32,000 nt of DNA from Bacillus subtilis subsp. subtilis str. 168 (GTDB taxonomy: Bacteria; Bacillota; Bacilli; Bacillales; Bacillaceae): NCBI RefSeq assembly GCF_000009045.1, contig NC_000964.3:300001-332000 (forward strand), given 5' to 3'. Both the position numbers and the translations under genes were made by a program. This document shows, piece after piece, positions 1 to 8,331 of this stretch. Within the stretch, counting starts at the first letter, position 1. The number at the start of each line of letters is the position of its first letter. The notes under the pieces are model-generated. The model was not told where the DNA came from. It made no database searches and was given only the letters and a program-made list of their open reading frames with translations.

Positions 1-502
1 CCGTCGCCAGGATTTTTTTGTCTTTTCCGTCAATTTTAAAAGTAACTGATTTTGGCTTTTTATCACCGTAAGATTCCGGCGTATAGTTAAGCTCGTATTG
101 CTTGCCTTTATCTACAACGAAGAAAAGATTTCCTTCAACGGATTTGTCAGCGTTAATCGTGCTGCCCTGAAGCTTTTCGCTATAGTCTTCAGGGTCTGTG
201 TCAGACATTTTGGTATCACCTTGATACAATGTGAAATCCATACTGTCTACATTCAGCGGGTCTTTTCCTGTGTTTTTCACCGCGACATTGACTTTTAACA
301 CAAGCTGGTCATCTGAAGTGGACTTATCATATTTAGACGGAAGTGTGTAAGAGACATCCTTGATTTTGACTTGAGCTATATCTGAGCTTTTTTCTGTTTC
401 TGATTCTTTCTTCTCCGCGCTTGTTTTGCTGCCGGAACAAGCAGCTGTAAACATCATCAGCAGAAGAATTAGGAAAACAGCGTACGTTTTTTTCTGAAAC
501 AT
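1..502 (-). CDS. ycdA: Lipoprotein YcdA, N-terminal part (3' end lies outside the window)
   Basis: The minus-strand ORF is open to the window edge. ATG at 502..500 lies 7-8 nt after a GAGGAGG RBS. Translation begins MFQKKTYAVFLILLLMMFTAAC-SGS, a signal peptide with a lipobox. The ATG at 506 is in another frame and gives no signal peptide. Confidence 0.8.
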   Translation of the reverse strand, partial: MFQKKTYAVFLILLLMMFTAACSGSKTSAEKKESETEKSSDIAQVKIKDVSYTLPSKYDKSTSDDQLVLKVNVAVKNTGKDPLNVDSMDFTLYQGDTKMSDTDPEDYSEKLQGSTINADKSVEGNLFFVVDKGKQYELNYTPESYGDKKPKSVTFKIDGKDKKILAT

Positions 503-829
503 TCATTTTTCCTCCTCAAATGGTTTAGGAAAGGGGAGTCTTTTGTCTTTGAGAAATGGATCTTTTTGAATGGATTAGCATCATATAACCAAAAAAATCA
601 GTTCTTTTCTCACGGTTTTCACCGGATTTTCTGGAAACTCCGCCCTCCTTTGTCATGAATGGACCTATAAAAAGTTACAACGGAATTAATTTTAAGATTA
701 TTAGCTTTTATATTGAATAGGTTCATCATCCTATTTTTGGTGAAAAATGTTCTGGTAAAACTGGTAAACTCAGAAAACTGTGTATTTTAGACTATTACTT
801 TTTGATTAGTTGGAGGGAACTTAAGAAGG

Positions 830-2248
830 ATGAAAGGGGCCGCCTTTGTGAAGAAAGAGGGACTGAAACAAAAAGCACTGGAAATCGGCCGGGTGCCGAC
901 ACACTTAAAACTGGAAATTGAAGATTATGGCGGTGATGATAAAAGAGCTCATTTTTGTTGGGCAGATCCTCAGGATGAGAATACCGGCATTATCGTGGAG
1001 CTTGGACCGGACGGAGAGCTGGAATCCCTTTCCCGTGATATTGAGCCTGAAAGCGGAGAAAGGCTGTCTGAGGAGAAACTAGAGGATATCATGCGCCAAT
1101 TTGTCGAGACTCATCATCCGGGGGCACTCTCTGCCTTTGTTCGTGAAGAAAATGACCGTGCATACGGCGATAAAGTGAGATTTTCATATGTTCAAATGGA
1201 GGCTGGGCTTCCTCTCCCCATGAGCGGATTTATGGCTGATGTTTCCTTATCAGGTGAGATTGTTTACTTCCGTTATTACGGCGAAGCGGGCAGCATCATC
1301 AAGCCAAAGCGGGTCGCGGATGTTGAAGAGGCACTTGCCTTTATCAAGAAGGACGTGGAGTTCGACCTTTTGTTTGAGGTTCTCCATCGTTCTGTTTACA
1401 AAAACGGAGATGATCAGCCGCATTTGGTGTACGAGCCTGAAGGTAGGGCGATTACCGTACCTGCGGATTTGGTTCAAGAAGAACAAGCAGTTGATGATGA
1501 CGATGATTACAGGGAGCCGGAGAGCTTTCCTCTCCCTTTATTCGAGGGCATCCGCGAAAAGGCCGATCCTGACAGCATGATTGGTATTGAAAATGGGTTT
1601 GTCAAAGAGCGGGAAGCGGATTTGGGAGATGGGAGAATTGGAATCGTTTGGCGGAATCCGGATGACCCTGTGTATCAGCCGGCGGATAAAAGCATGGACA
1701 GCTGGTTTAAGGGACGGACTCATCAAGTGCTGAAAACCATCTATAACAAAGAAACCGGAAAACTCGAAGGCGTCATGTCATTTATGGAGAAAAAAGGGCC
1801 GCTGACAGTAACCTTGGCAGAGTGTGAAAAAATCGCGCTTCGCTTTCTATTTGCTTTATTTCCGAATGCCGATCAATATTTTAGGATCAGATACGACGAA
1901 AAAGATGAAGAAGAAAACGCAGTCGCTGGTTTTACGTTTGAAGCGCATTGTCACGGAGTTCCGCTCCGATTTGGGCAGATCAGAATTTGTGTCAGCCGCC
2001 AGACAGGGTATATCACCGTTTATATGGGACCGGATATTGACCCAAATAAGCTGGCAACCATTGATCCTGTGCCGGCTATTTCAGTTGAACAAGCCAAGTC
2101 TATCTTTTGGCAGCATTTTAAAGTTGAGCTTGGCTGGGAAAGAGAGTACGGGGATGATGAAGAACACAGCTACCGGCTCGTCTATAAGCCGGTGTATCCG
2201 CATTTTATCGATGCACATACAGGGGAGCCTGTCTTCAGCATATGGTGA
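830..2248 (+). CDS. ycdB: Uncharacterised protein YcdB (472 aa), paralog of the downstream YcdC. Two internal repeats each end in a PepSY-like segment, and there is no signal peptide.
   Basis: ORF track entry. GGAGGG lies upstream. It aligns along its full length with the 2426..3796 product (EIGxVPTHxxLEIEDY, RFxYxxMExGLPxPxSGF, LVYEP, KPVYPxxIDAH). Confidence 0.9.
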   Translation: MKGAAFVKKEGLKQKALEIGRVPTHLKLEIEDYGGDDKRAHFCWADPQDENTGIIVELGPDGELESLSRDIEPESGERLSEEKLEDIMRQFVETHHPGALSAFVREENDRAYGDKVRFSYVQMEAGLPLPMSGFMADVSLSGEIVYFRYYGEAGSIIKPKRVADVEEALAFIKKDVEFDLLFEVLHRSVYKNGDDQPHLVYEPEGRAITVPADLVQEEQAVDDDDDYREPESFPLPLFEGIREKADPDSMIGIENGFVKEREADLGDGRIGIVWRNPDDPVYQPADKSMDSWFKGRTHQVLKTIYNKETGKLEGVMSFMEKKGPLTVTLAECEKIALRFLFALFPNADQYFRIRYDEKDEEENAVAGFTFEAHCHGVPLRFGQIRICVSRQTGYITVYMGPDIDPNKLATIDPVPAISVEQAKSIFWQHFKVELGWEREYGDDEEHSYRLVYKPVYPHFIDAHTGEPVFSIW

Positions 2249-2345
2249 AACAGCCAAAAGTCACGCAATTGCCTCAGATATAGAAGAGAGTATGTGATGA
2301 AAGTAACAGAAAGAATCTCAAAAAACAATGACAATAATAGAAAAG

Positions 2346-2383
2346 GACCTTTCTTCACTTTAAATGAAGAAAGGTCTTTTTAT
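2346..2383 (+). terminator. Rho-independent terminator after ycdB
   Basis: A perfect 12-bp stem, gacctttcttca (2346-2357) with tgaagaaaggtc (2365-2376), has a 7-nt loop and is followed by TTTTTAT. Confidence 0.8.
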
Positions 2384-2425
2384 ATAATAAACAGGATTCT
2401 CTTTGTCGTAGACTCTTTGAAAGGG

Positions 2426-3796
2426 ATGACTTCATTGGTTAATAAACAGCTGAAAAAGAAGGCGCAGGAGATCGGAAATGTACCGACGCATTATGAGCTT
2501 GAGATAGAAGATTACGACCAAAAGCAAAAGAAGTACGGGCAGGCATATTTTATCTGGAAGGACCCTAAAGATCCGGAAAAGCACATTACAGTTGAACTTA
2601 GAAATGACGGCGCCTTGCTCACCTTTTCAACAACTGTCCACTCCGAGACAGACAAAAAACTTCCAGATGCCGAGCTGAAGCTGACGGCTCTTCAGTTTGC
2701 CGCTGCCAATCATCCCGGCACATTTATGAATTTTCATTTTCAAGGCAAGGAAGAAAGGGGGCAGCACATCCGGTTTGTCTATACCAAAATGGAGCTGGGG
2801 CTTCCGATTCCCAATTCAGGCTTTTTAATTGATATGACACGAAGCGGTCAGATTGTCCACTTTCTATATTACGGGGAAGGGCATAAAGCCGAAGTTCCGA
2901 CGGAATTTGTAGCAAAAGAGAAGGTTGTATCCCATTACTTAAACACAATGTCTTTTGAGCTGATGTACGATGTCATTGATGGCGAACAGGAACCAAGGCT
3001 TGTATATGAACCGATTCTACCGGGATACAGCTATCCCGCAGATGTAGACGAAATTGTGCCCGACCAGCATATCGCAGATGAAAGAATAGAAAACACGGCG
3101 CCACTGCCGCCGCTTCAGAACAAGGAAGAAGTTGATATATTTGCCTTGCTGGGTTTTACCTCTGATATGCAGAAAGTCAGTGAAAGAGACTTTGGAGAAC
3201 AAATTGGAAGCACGTGGCGCAGGGGCGCTGCGCCGGAGCGTAAGGATTTAAGCATAGGAAGCTATTTTGAAACGAGAAATAAAAATACAATCAAAATGAA
3301 GACGGATAAAAGAACCGGAAAATTAAAAGCAGCGCTTTCTTTTATGGACTGGCGGAACAACCTCCAATGCTCCACGGAAGAATGCCAAGAGATAGCGCTT
3401 CAATTTTTGTATGCCCTCTATCCGAGAGCGGCTGAGTTTTTCAGGGTGAATCCCGTCCGAATTGATGAAAGAGGGAGAGTCCGCAACCATTTTTCTGTCT
3501 GGTATAAAGGAGTGCCGCTGCGGTTCGGCGCTGCCCGCATCATTGTCAATCCGGAAACTGGGTTGATTGACGCTTTTATGGCGCCTGATATTGAACCTGA
3601 ACAATTGGAAGCGATAAATCACAGGCCGGATGTTTCCGCTGAAGAAGCGAAAGAAGCATTTTTAGCCGCTTTTGATGTGAAACTGGAATGGCAGCCTGAT
3701 TTTACAGCAGGCAGTGACCAGCACTGCAAACTTGTCTATAAGCCGGTTTACCCTTCCTATATTGATGCGCACATAAGGAAAAAGAAAAGGCTGTGA
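2426..3796 (+). CDS. ycdC: Uncharacterised protein YcdC (about 453-456 aa), paralog of YcdB
   Basis: The ORF-track frame 2294..3796 includes the ycdB terminator, so the true start must be downstream. Candidates are ATG 2426 (MTSLVNKQLKKKAQEIGNVPTH, aligning with the YcdB N-terminus) or TTG 2435, which has better spacing to the GAAAGGGA RBS. Confidence 0.85.
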   Translation: MTSLVNKQLKKKAQEIGNVPTHYELEIEDYDQKQKKYGQAYFIWKDPKDPEKHITVELRNDGALLTFSTTVHSETDKKLPDAELKLTALQFAAANHPGTFMNFHFQGKEERGQHIRFVYTKMELGLPIPNSGFLIDMTRSGQIVHFLYYGEGHKAEVPTEFVAKEKVVSHYLNTMSFELMYDVIDGEQEPRLVYEPILPGYSYPADVDEIVPDQHIADERIENTAPLPPLQNKEEVDIFALLGFTSDMQKVSERDFGEQIGSTWRRGAAPERKDLSIGSYFETRNKNTIKMKTDKRTGKLKAALSFMDWRNNLQCSTEECQEIALQFLYALYPRAAEFFRVNPVRIDERGRVRNHFSVWYKGVPLRFGAARIIVNPETGLIDAFMAPDIEPEQLEAINHRPDVSAEEAKEAFLAAFDVKLEWQPDFTAGSDQHCKLVYKPVYPSYIDAHIRKKKRL

Positions 3797-3803
3797 GGGG
3801 TGT

Positions 3804-4307
3804 CTAGTTAGGAATCATCTCCAAGTGGGGGTAGTCCTTGAATCGTTTCCAATCCCCGCCCCATTCGAAACCGAGTGTCTTAGCGATCTCGACAACCTCC
3901 AGCCAATCTGATTTTCCGTTTTGATTGCCGTCATATTCCATATCCCATATGATGCTGCCATCCTTTTTTTGAAGGGCGAAATCAATCGCTAAACCATAGT
4001 TATGATACGATTCCCCTCCTCTTGCATAGGTGACAATATTCCCTTTTTTTGTACGTCCCTGTTTATATAATTCATCTTGTTCCTTAAAGGACCTGAATCC
4101 TTCAGTAATGACGACGTCAATGCCTTTATTCGCTGCAGCGGCTTTGAGTGCATCGGCATTCTGCTTCACAATCGGATGAAGATCCGAGGGGACAGGCATG
4201 TCCTGCAAGGCGTTTTGAGAATGCCATTCATGCCGAATATAACTAAAACAAAGATCTAGAAGAAATAGAATACATAAGATAACAAATGTTTTTGCGGGTA
4301 AGTTCAT
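3804..4307 (-). CDS. cwlK: Peptidoglycan L,D-endopeptidase, VanY/peptidase M15B family (167 aa), with an N-terminal membrane anchor
   Basis: ORF track entry. Zn-ligand motifs are ESYHNYGLAIDF and DYPHLE. The hydrophobic N-terminus is FVILCILFLLDLCF. Confidence 0.9.
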   Translation of the reverse strand: MNLPAKTFVILCILFLLDLCFSYIRHEWHSQNALQDMPVPSDLHPIVKQNADALKAAAANKGIDVVITEGFRSFKEQDELYKQGRTKKGNIVTYARGGESYHNYGLAIDFALQKKDGSIIWDMEYDGNQNGKSDWLEVVEIAKTLGFEWGGDWKRFKDYPHLEMIPN

Positions 4308-4429
4308 ATCGGTCTCACTTTCTCAAGATGTGCTGAATGTTAACGCTTTTAAGTGATTGACTCTCTCTAAAAGCGAACAGCTATGATAAAATATAACATA
4401 AATAGTAGCAGGAGGAAGGAGGCAGACCG

Positions 4430-5551
4430 ATGAGAGCAAAGATTCCATCAGAAGAAGTAGCAGTAAAGCTGAATGAATGGTACAAGCTCATTCGCGCATT
4501 TGAAGCAGATCAAGCAGAAGCGTTAAAGCAGGAGATTGAATATGATTTAGAAGATATGGAAGAGAATCAGGACTTGCTTTTATATTTTTCTTTGATGGAA
4601 TTCCGGCATCGAATCATGCTTGATAAGCTGATGCCGGTGAAAGACAGCGATACCAAGCCTCCGTTCTCTGATATGCTGAACGAAATTGAAAGCAATCAGC
4701 AAAAACTCACGGGCTTACTGGAATACTACTTTTATTATTTCAGAGGAATGTACGAATTCAAGCAGAAAAATTTCATATTAGCGATTGACCATTATAAACA
4801 TGCCGAGGAAAAGCTCGAGTATGTCGAGGATGAGATCGAAAAAGCTGAGTTTCTTTTTAAAGTCGCAGAAGTGTATTATCACATCAAACAAACGTATTTT
4901 TCCATGAATTATGCGAGCCAGGCGCTTGATATCTATACGAAATATGAACTGTACGGTCGCCGCCGGGTTCAGTGTGAATTTATCATCGCCGGAAATTTGA
5001 CCGATGTGTATCATCATGAAAAAGCACTGACCCACTTGTGCAGCGCTTTAGAACATGCCAGGCAGCTTGAAGAAGCGTACATGATCGCTGCTGCCTATTA
5101 TAATGTCGGACACTGTAAGTACAGTCTGGGTGATTACAAAGAAGCGGAGGGCTATTTCAAAACAGCCGCCGCCATTTTTGAGGAGCACAACTTTCAGCAA
5201 GCTGTTCAAGCTGTATTTTCACTGACCCATATCTACTGTAAAGAGGGAAAATACGACAAGGCAGTAGAGGCTTATGACCGCGGGATAAAGAGCGCGGCTG
5301 AATGGGAGGATGACATGTACTTGACGAAATTCCGCCTCATTCATGAGCTGTATCTTGGAAGCGGCGACCTGAACGTGCTTACAGAATGCTTTGACCTGCT
5401 GGAATCCAGGCAGCTTCTTGCTGACGCCGAAGATCTGCTGCATGATACAGCGGAACGTTTCAATCAGTTGGAACATTACGAGTCCGCCGCTTTCTTTTAC
5501 CGCAGGCTGATGAATATTAAAAAGAAGCTTGCCGAGCAGCGTTTTCAATAG
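4430..5551 (+). CDS. rapJ: Rap-family response-regulator aspartate phosphatase / quorum receptor (TPR protein, 373 aa)
   Basis: ORF track entry. A strong RBS, GGAGGAAGGAGG, lies upstream. It has a typical Rap N-terminus (IPSEEVAVKLNEWYKLIR) and TPR repeats. Confidence 0.92.
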   Translation: MRAKIPSEEVAVKLNEWYKLIRAFEADQAEALKQEIEYDLEDMEENQDLLLYFSLMEFRHRIMLDKLMPVKDSDTKPPFSDMLNEIESNQQKLTGLLEYYFYYFRGMYEFKQKNFILAIDHYKHAEEKLEYVEDEIEKAEFLFKVAEVYYHIKQTYFSMNYASQALDIYTKYELYGRRRVQCEFIIAGNLTDVYHHEKALTHLCSALEHARQLEEAYMIAAAYYNVGHCKYSLGDYKEAEGYFKTAAAIFEEHNFQQAVQAVFSLTHIYCKEGKYDKAVEAYDRGIKSAAEWEDDMYLTKFRLIHELYLGSGDLNVLTECFDLLESRQLLADAEDLLHDTAERFNQLEHYESAAFFYRRLMNIKKKLAEQRFQ

Positions 5552-5557
5552 GAAATG

Positions 5558-5587
5558 GCAGAGAACTACAGGTTCTCTGCTTTTTTT
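5558..5587 (+). terminator. Rho-independent terminator after rapJ
   Basis: Stem gcagagaac (5558-5566) pairs with gttctctgc (5572-5580) around a 5-nt loop, followed by T7. Confidence 0.85.
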
Positions 5588-5657
5588 GTGCTGTTTTCAA
5601 CTCGGAAAAACAGGGTATTTTCCACTGCATAGTGAGAAACAGAGGAGGATATCAAGT

Positions 5658-6434
5658 ATGTACAAAGATTTAACCGGAAAAACAGCGATTGTGACAGGGT
5701 CTTCAAAAGGAATCGGGAAAGCCATTGCGGAACGGTTCGGAAAGGAGAAAATGAATGTTGTTGTAAATTACCACAGCGACCCGTCTGGAGCAGATGAAAC
5801 TCTGGAAATCATTAAGCAGAACGGAGGGAAAGCCGTCTCAGTTGAGGCGGACGTGTCAAAAGAAGAGGGGATTCAGGCGCTCTTGGACACAGCTTTAGAG
5901 CATTTCGGCACGCTCGATGTGATGGTAAACAACTCCGGTTTTAACGGCGTTGAGGCGATGCCGCATGAGATGAGTCTTGAAGATTGGCAGAGAGTGATTG
6001 ATGTCAATGTTACCGGAACCTTTCTGGGAGCGAAAGCAGCACTTAACCACATGATGAAAAACAATATCAAGGGCAATGTGCTGAATATCTCAAGTGTTCA
6101 TCAGCAGATTCCGCGCCCTGTAAACGTTCAGTATTCCACATCCAAAGGCGGCATCAAGATGATGACGGAAACGCTGGCGCTCAATTATGCGGATAAGGGA
6201 ATCCGCGTCAATGCGATAGCGCCCGGCACCATTGCCACAGAATCAAATGTTGATACGAAAAAGGAAGAGAGCAGGCAAAAACAATTGAAAAAAATCCCGA
6301 TGAAAGCCTTCGGAAAGCCTGAAGAAGTGGCGGCAGCAGCAGCTTGGCTCGTATCTGAGGAAGCAAGCTATGTGACCGGCGCAACACTTTTCGTCGACGG
6401 CGGAATGACACTTTATCCATCTCAGCTTGAATAG
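5658..6434 (+). CDS. ycdF: Short-chain dehydrogenase/reductase, glucose 1-dehydrogenase-like (258 aa)
   Basis: ATG 5658 lies 9 nt after AGGAGG (5643-5648). It carries TGSSKGIG (NAD(P) binding) and a YSTSK catalytic motif. The upstream in-frame extension from 5529 crosses the rapJ terminator. Confidence 0.9.
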   Translation: MYKDLTGKTAIVTGSSKGIGKAIAERFGKEKMNVVVNYHSDPSGADETLEIIKQNGGKAVSVEADVSKEEGIQALLDTALEHFGTLDVMVNNSGFNGVEAMPHEMSLEDWQRVIDVNVTGTFLGAKAALNHMMKNNIKGNVLNISSVHQQIPRPVNVQYSTSKGGIKMMTETLALNYADKGIRVNAIAPGTIATESNVDTKKEESRQKQLKKIPMKAFGKPEEVAAAAAWLVSEEASYVTGATLFVDGGMTLYPSQLE

Positions 6435-6458
6435 AAGACAAAACAGGGGGATTGCGGG

Positions 6459-8144
6459 ATGAAAACAGACTGGTGGAAGGATGCAGTGGTGTACCAAATT
6501 TACCCGAGAAGCTTTCAGGACAGCAATGGAGACGGAATTGGGGACTTGCGGGGGATTATTTCCCGTCTTGACTACATAAAGGAGCTCGGGGCAGATGTGA
6601 TTTGGATTTGCCCGATCTATCCTTCTCCGAATGTTGATTACGGCTATGATGTGACAAACCATAAGGCGATTATGGATTCTTACGGAACAATGGACGATTT
6701 TCACGAGCTGCTGGACCAGGTGCATCAGCGGGGATTAAAGCTGGTGATGGACTTTGTGTTAAATCACACCTCGGTCGAGCATCCGTGGTTTAAAGAAGCG
6801 GAGCTGGACAAAAACAGCAAATACCGTAGCTATTATTATTGGCGTCCCGGCACAAAGAACGGCCCGCCGACGGACTGGCTCTCAAACTATGGATGCCCGG
6901 TCTGGCAATACGAAGAGCACACCGGAGAATACTATCTCCATATGAATGCCGTCAAACAAGCTGATTTAAACTGGGAAAATCCCGAAGTTCGCCAGGCGGT
7001 GTATGACATGATGAAATTTTGGCTCGATAAAGGGGTCGACGGTTTGCGAATTGATCAGCTCCATCTCATTTCTAAGAAAGAATATCTTCCTTCGTATGAG
7101 GACTATATCAATCAGCAGGCAGAGCCGAAGCCCTTTCAGCCAAATGGCGAACGAATCCATGACTATTTAAAAGAAATCACAGATGAAGTGTTTTCTCATT
7201 ATGATGTCATGTCTGTCGGAGAGGTCGGCAGTGTCACACCGGAAGAAGGCCTGAAATATACGGGAACAGATAAGCATGAGCTGAATATGATTTTTCACTT
7301 TCAGCATATGGAGCTTGATCAGCAGCCCGGAAAAGAACATTGGGATTTGAAGCCCCTTGAGCTTTCTGATTTAAAATCGGTTTTGACAAAATGGCAAAAG
7401 AAGCTTGAACATCAAGGCTGGAATACATTGTTTTGGTGCAACCACGACCAGCCCCGGATTGTGTCCAGATTCGGAGACGATGGGGAATACCGCAAAGCAT
7501 CAGCGAAAATGCTGGCAGCCGTAATTTATTTTATGAAGGGCACGCCGTATATTTATCAGGGAGAAGAAATCGGGATGACAAACGCGCCGTTCACCCGGAT
7601 TGAAGACTACAAAGATATCCAAACGATCAATATGTATCATAAACGGGTGTTTGAAAAAGGCTATGATCCAAATGATGTGATGAGATCGATCTTAGCCAAA
7701 AGCCGGGATCACGCCCGGACCCCGATGCAGTGGAACAGCGGCAAAAATGCCGGATTTACTGACGGCACGCCTTGGCTGAAGGTCAATCCGAACTTCACCG
7801 CAATCAATGTGGAGGAAGCGCAGGGAGATCCTGATTCTGTCTTAAACTATTACAAAAAGCTGATCAGCCTGAGAAAGCAGTACGCTGACCTCATGAAAGG
7901 GAGCTTTGATCTTTTGCTTCCGGACGATCCGCAGTTGTTTGTATACATGAGAGAAAACAGTAAACAACAGCTTTTGTCGGTCAATAATTTTTCAAAAGAG
8001 CAGGCTGTTTTTCAGTGGCCTAAGAACTGCGGCAAAGCTCAGGCCTCACTGCTTCTCAGCAATTATAACAACGATGATCTTGATGACGAAATGGTGTTCC
8101 GGCCTTATGAGAGCAGGGTCTATCTTCTGGACAAAACAAACTAA
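6459..8144 (+). CDS. ycdG: GH13 oligo-1,6-glucosidase / alpha-glucosidase (561 aa)
   Basis: ORF track entry. GH13 signatures are DFVLNHTS, GLRIDQLH, GEVG and FWCNHDQPR. It starts 25 nt after ycdF, so the two are probably one operon. Confidence 0.92.
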   Translation: MKTDWWKDAVVYQIYPRSFQDSNGDGIGDLRGIISRLDYIKELGADVIWICPIYPSPNVDYGYDVTNHKAIMDSYGTMDDFHELLDQVHQRGLKLVMDFVLNHTSVEHPWFKEAELDKNSKYRSYYYWRPGTKNGPPTDWLSNYGCPVWQYEEHTGEYYLHMNAVKQADLNWENPEVRQAVYDMMKFWLDKGVDGLRIDQLHLISKKEYLPSYEDYINQQAEPKPFQPNGERIHDYLKEITDEVFSHYDVMSVGEVGSVTPEEGLKYTGTDKHELNMIFHFQHMELDQQPGKEHWDLKPLELSDLKSVLTKWQKKLEHQGWNTLFWCNHDQPRIVSRFGDDGEYRKASAKMLAAVIYFMKGTPYIYQGEEIGMTNAPFTRIEDYKDIQTINMYHKRVFEKGYDPNDVMRSILAKSRDHARTPMQWNSGKNAGFTDGTPWLKVNPNFTAINVEEAQGDPDSVLNYYKKLISLRKQYADLMKGSFDLLLPDDPQLFVYMRENSKQQLLSVNNFSKEQAVFQWPKNCGKAQASLLLSNYNNDDLDDEMVFRPYESRVYLLDKTN

Positions 8145-8154
8145 TGATTGAAGT

Positions 8155-8182
8155 AGCCCGGCATTTTTAGCCGGGTTTTTTT
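8155..8182 (+). terminator. Rho-independent terminator after ycdG
   Basis: Stem AGCCCGGC (8155-8162) pairs with GCCGGGTT (8170-8177) around a 7-nt loop. The T7 run is 8176-8182. Confidence 0.8.
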
Positions 8183-8236
8183 AGTACATATATTCGCTCT
8201 GCAGGCGGGAAGAATAAATGAAAATGAAATTTATTC

Positions 8237-8266
8237 TTGCAAAACGTAATGACTTCGGTTTATTAT
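8237..8266 (+). promoter_or_regulatory. Candidate sigma-A promoter of znuA (-35 TTGCAA, -10 TATTAT)
   Basis: TTGCAA is at 8237-8242 and TATTAT at 8261-8266, an 18-nt spacer. It lies about 65 nt upstream of the start codon. Confidence 0.5.
8241..8261. promoter_or_regulatory. Candidate Zur box 1 (overlaps the promoter spacer)
   Basis: AAAACGTAATGACTTCGGTTT matches my recollection of the B. subtilis Zur consensus AAATCGTAATnATTACGATTT at 16 of 20 positions. Confidence 0.45.
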
Positions 8267-8280
8267 GATATAGGATTACA

Positions 8281-8301
8281 AAATCGTTATCATTTTGATT
8301 T
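8281..8301. promoter_or_regulatory. Candidate Zur box 2 (downstream of the -10)
   Basis: AAATCGTTATCATTTTGATTT matches the consensus AAATCGTAATnATTACGATTT at 17 of 20 positions. Confidence 0.55.
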
Positions 8302-8331
8302 AAAGTTACTGAAAAAGAGGGGATATACGAT

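Noticed and set aside
2294-2425. The N-terminal 44-codon extension of the ycdC ORF in the ORF track.
   Set aside because: It contains the strong ycdB terminator (2346-2383), has no RBS, and the YcdB/YcdC alignment begins only at the downstream start.
5529-5657. A short ORF overlaps the rapJ 3' end (MPSSVFNRKWQRTTGSLLFLCCFQLGK...). I considered it as a possible phr peptide gene.
   Set aside because: It is simply the in-frame upstream extension of ycdF. It has no RBS, runs straight through the rapJ terminator hairpin, has no stop before ycdF, and lacks a credible signal peptide and cleavage context.
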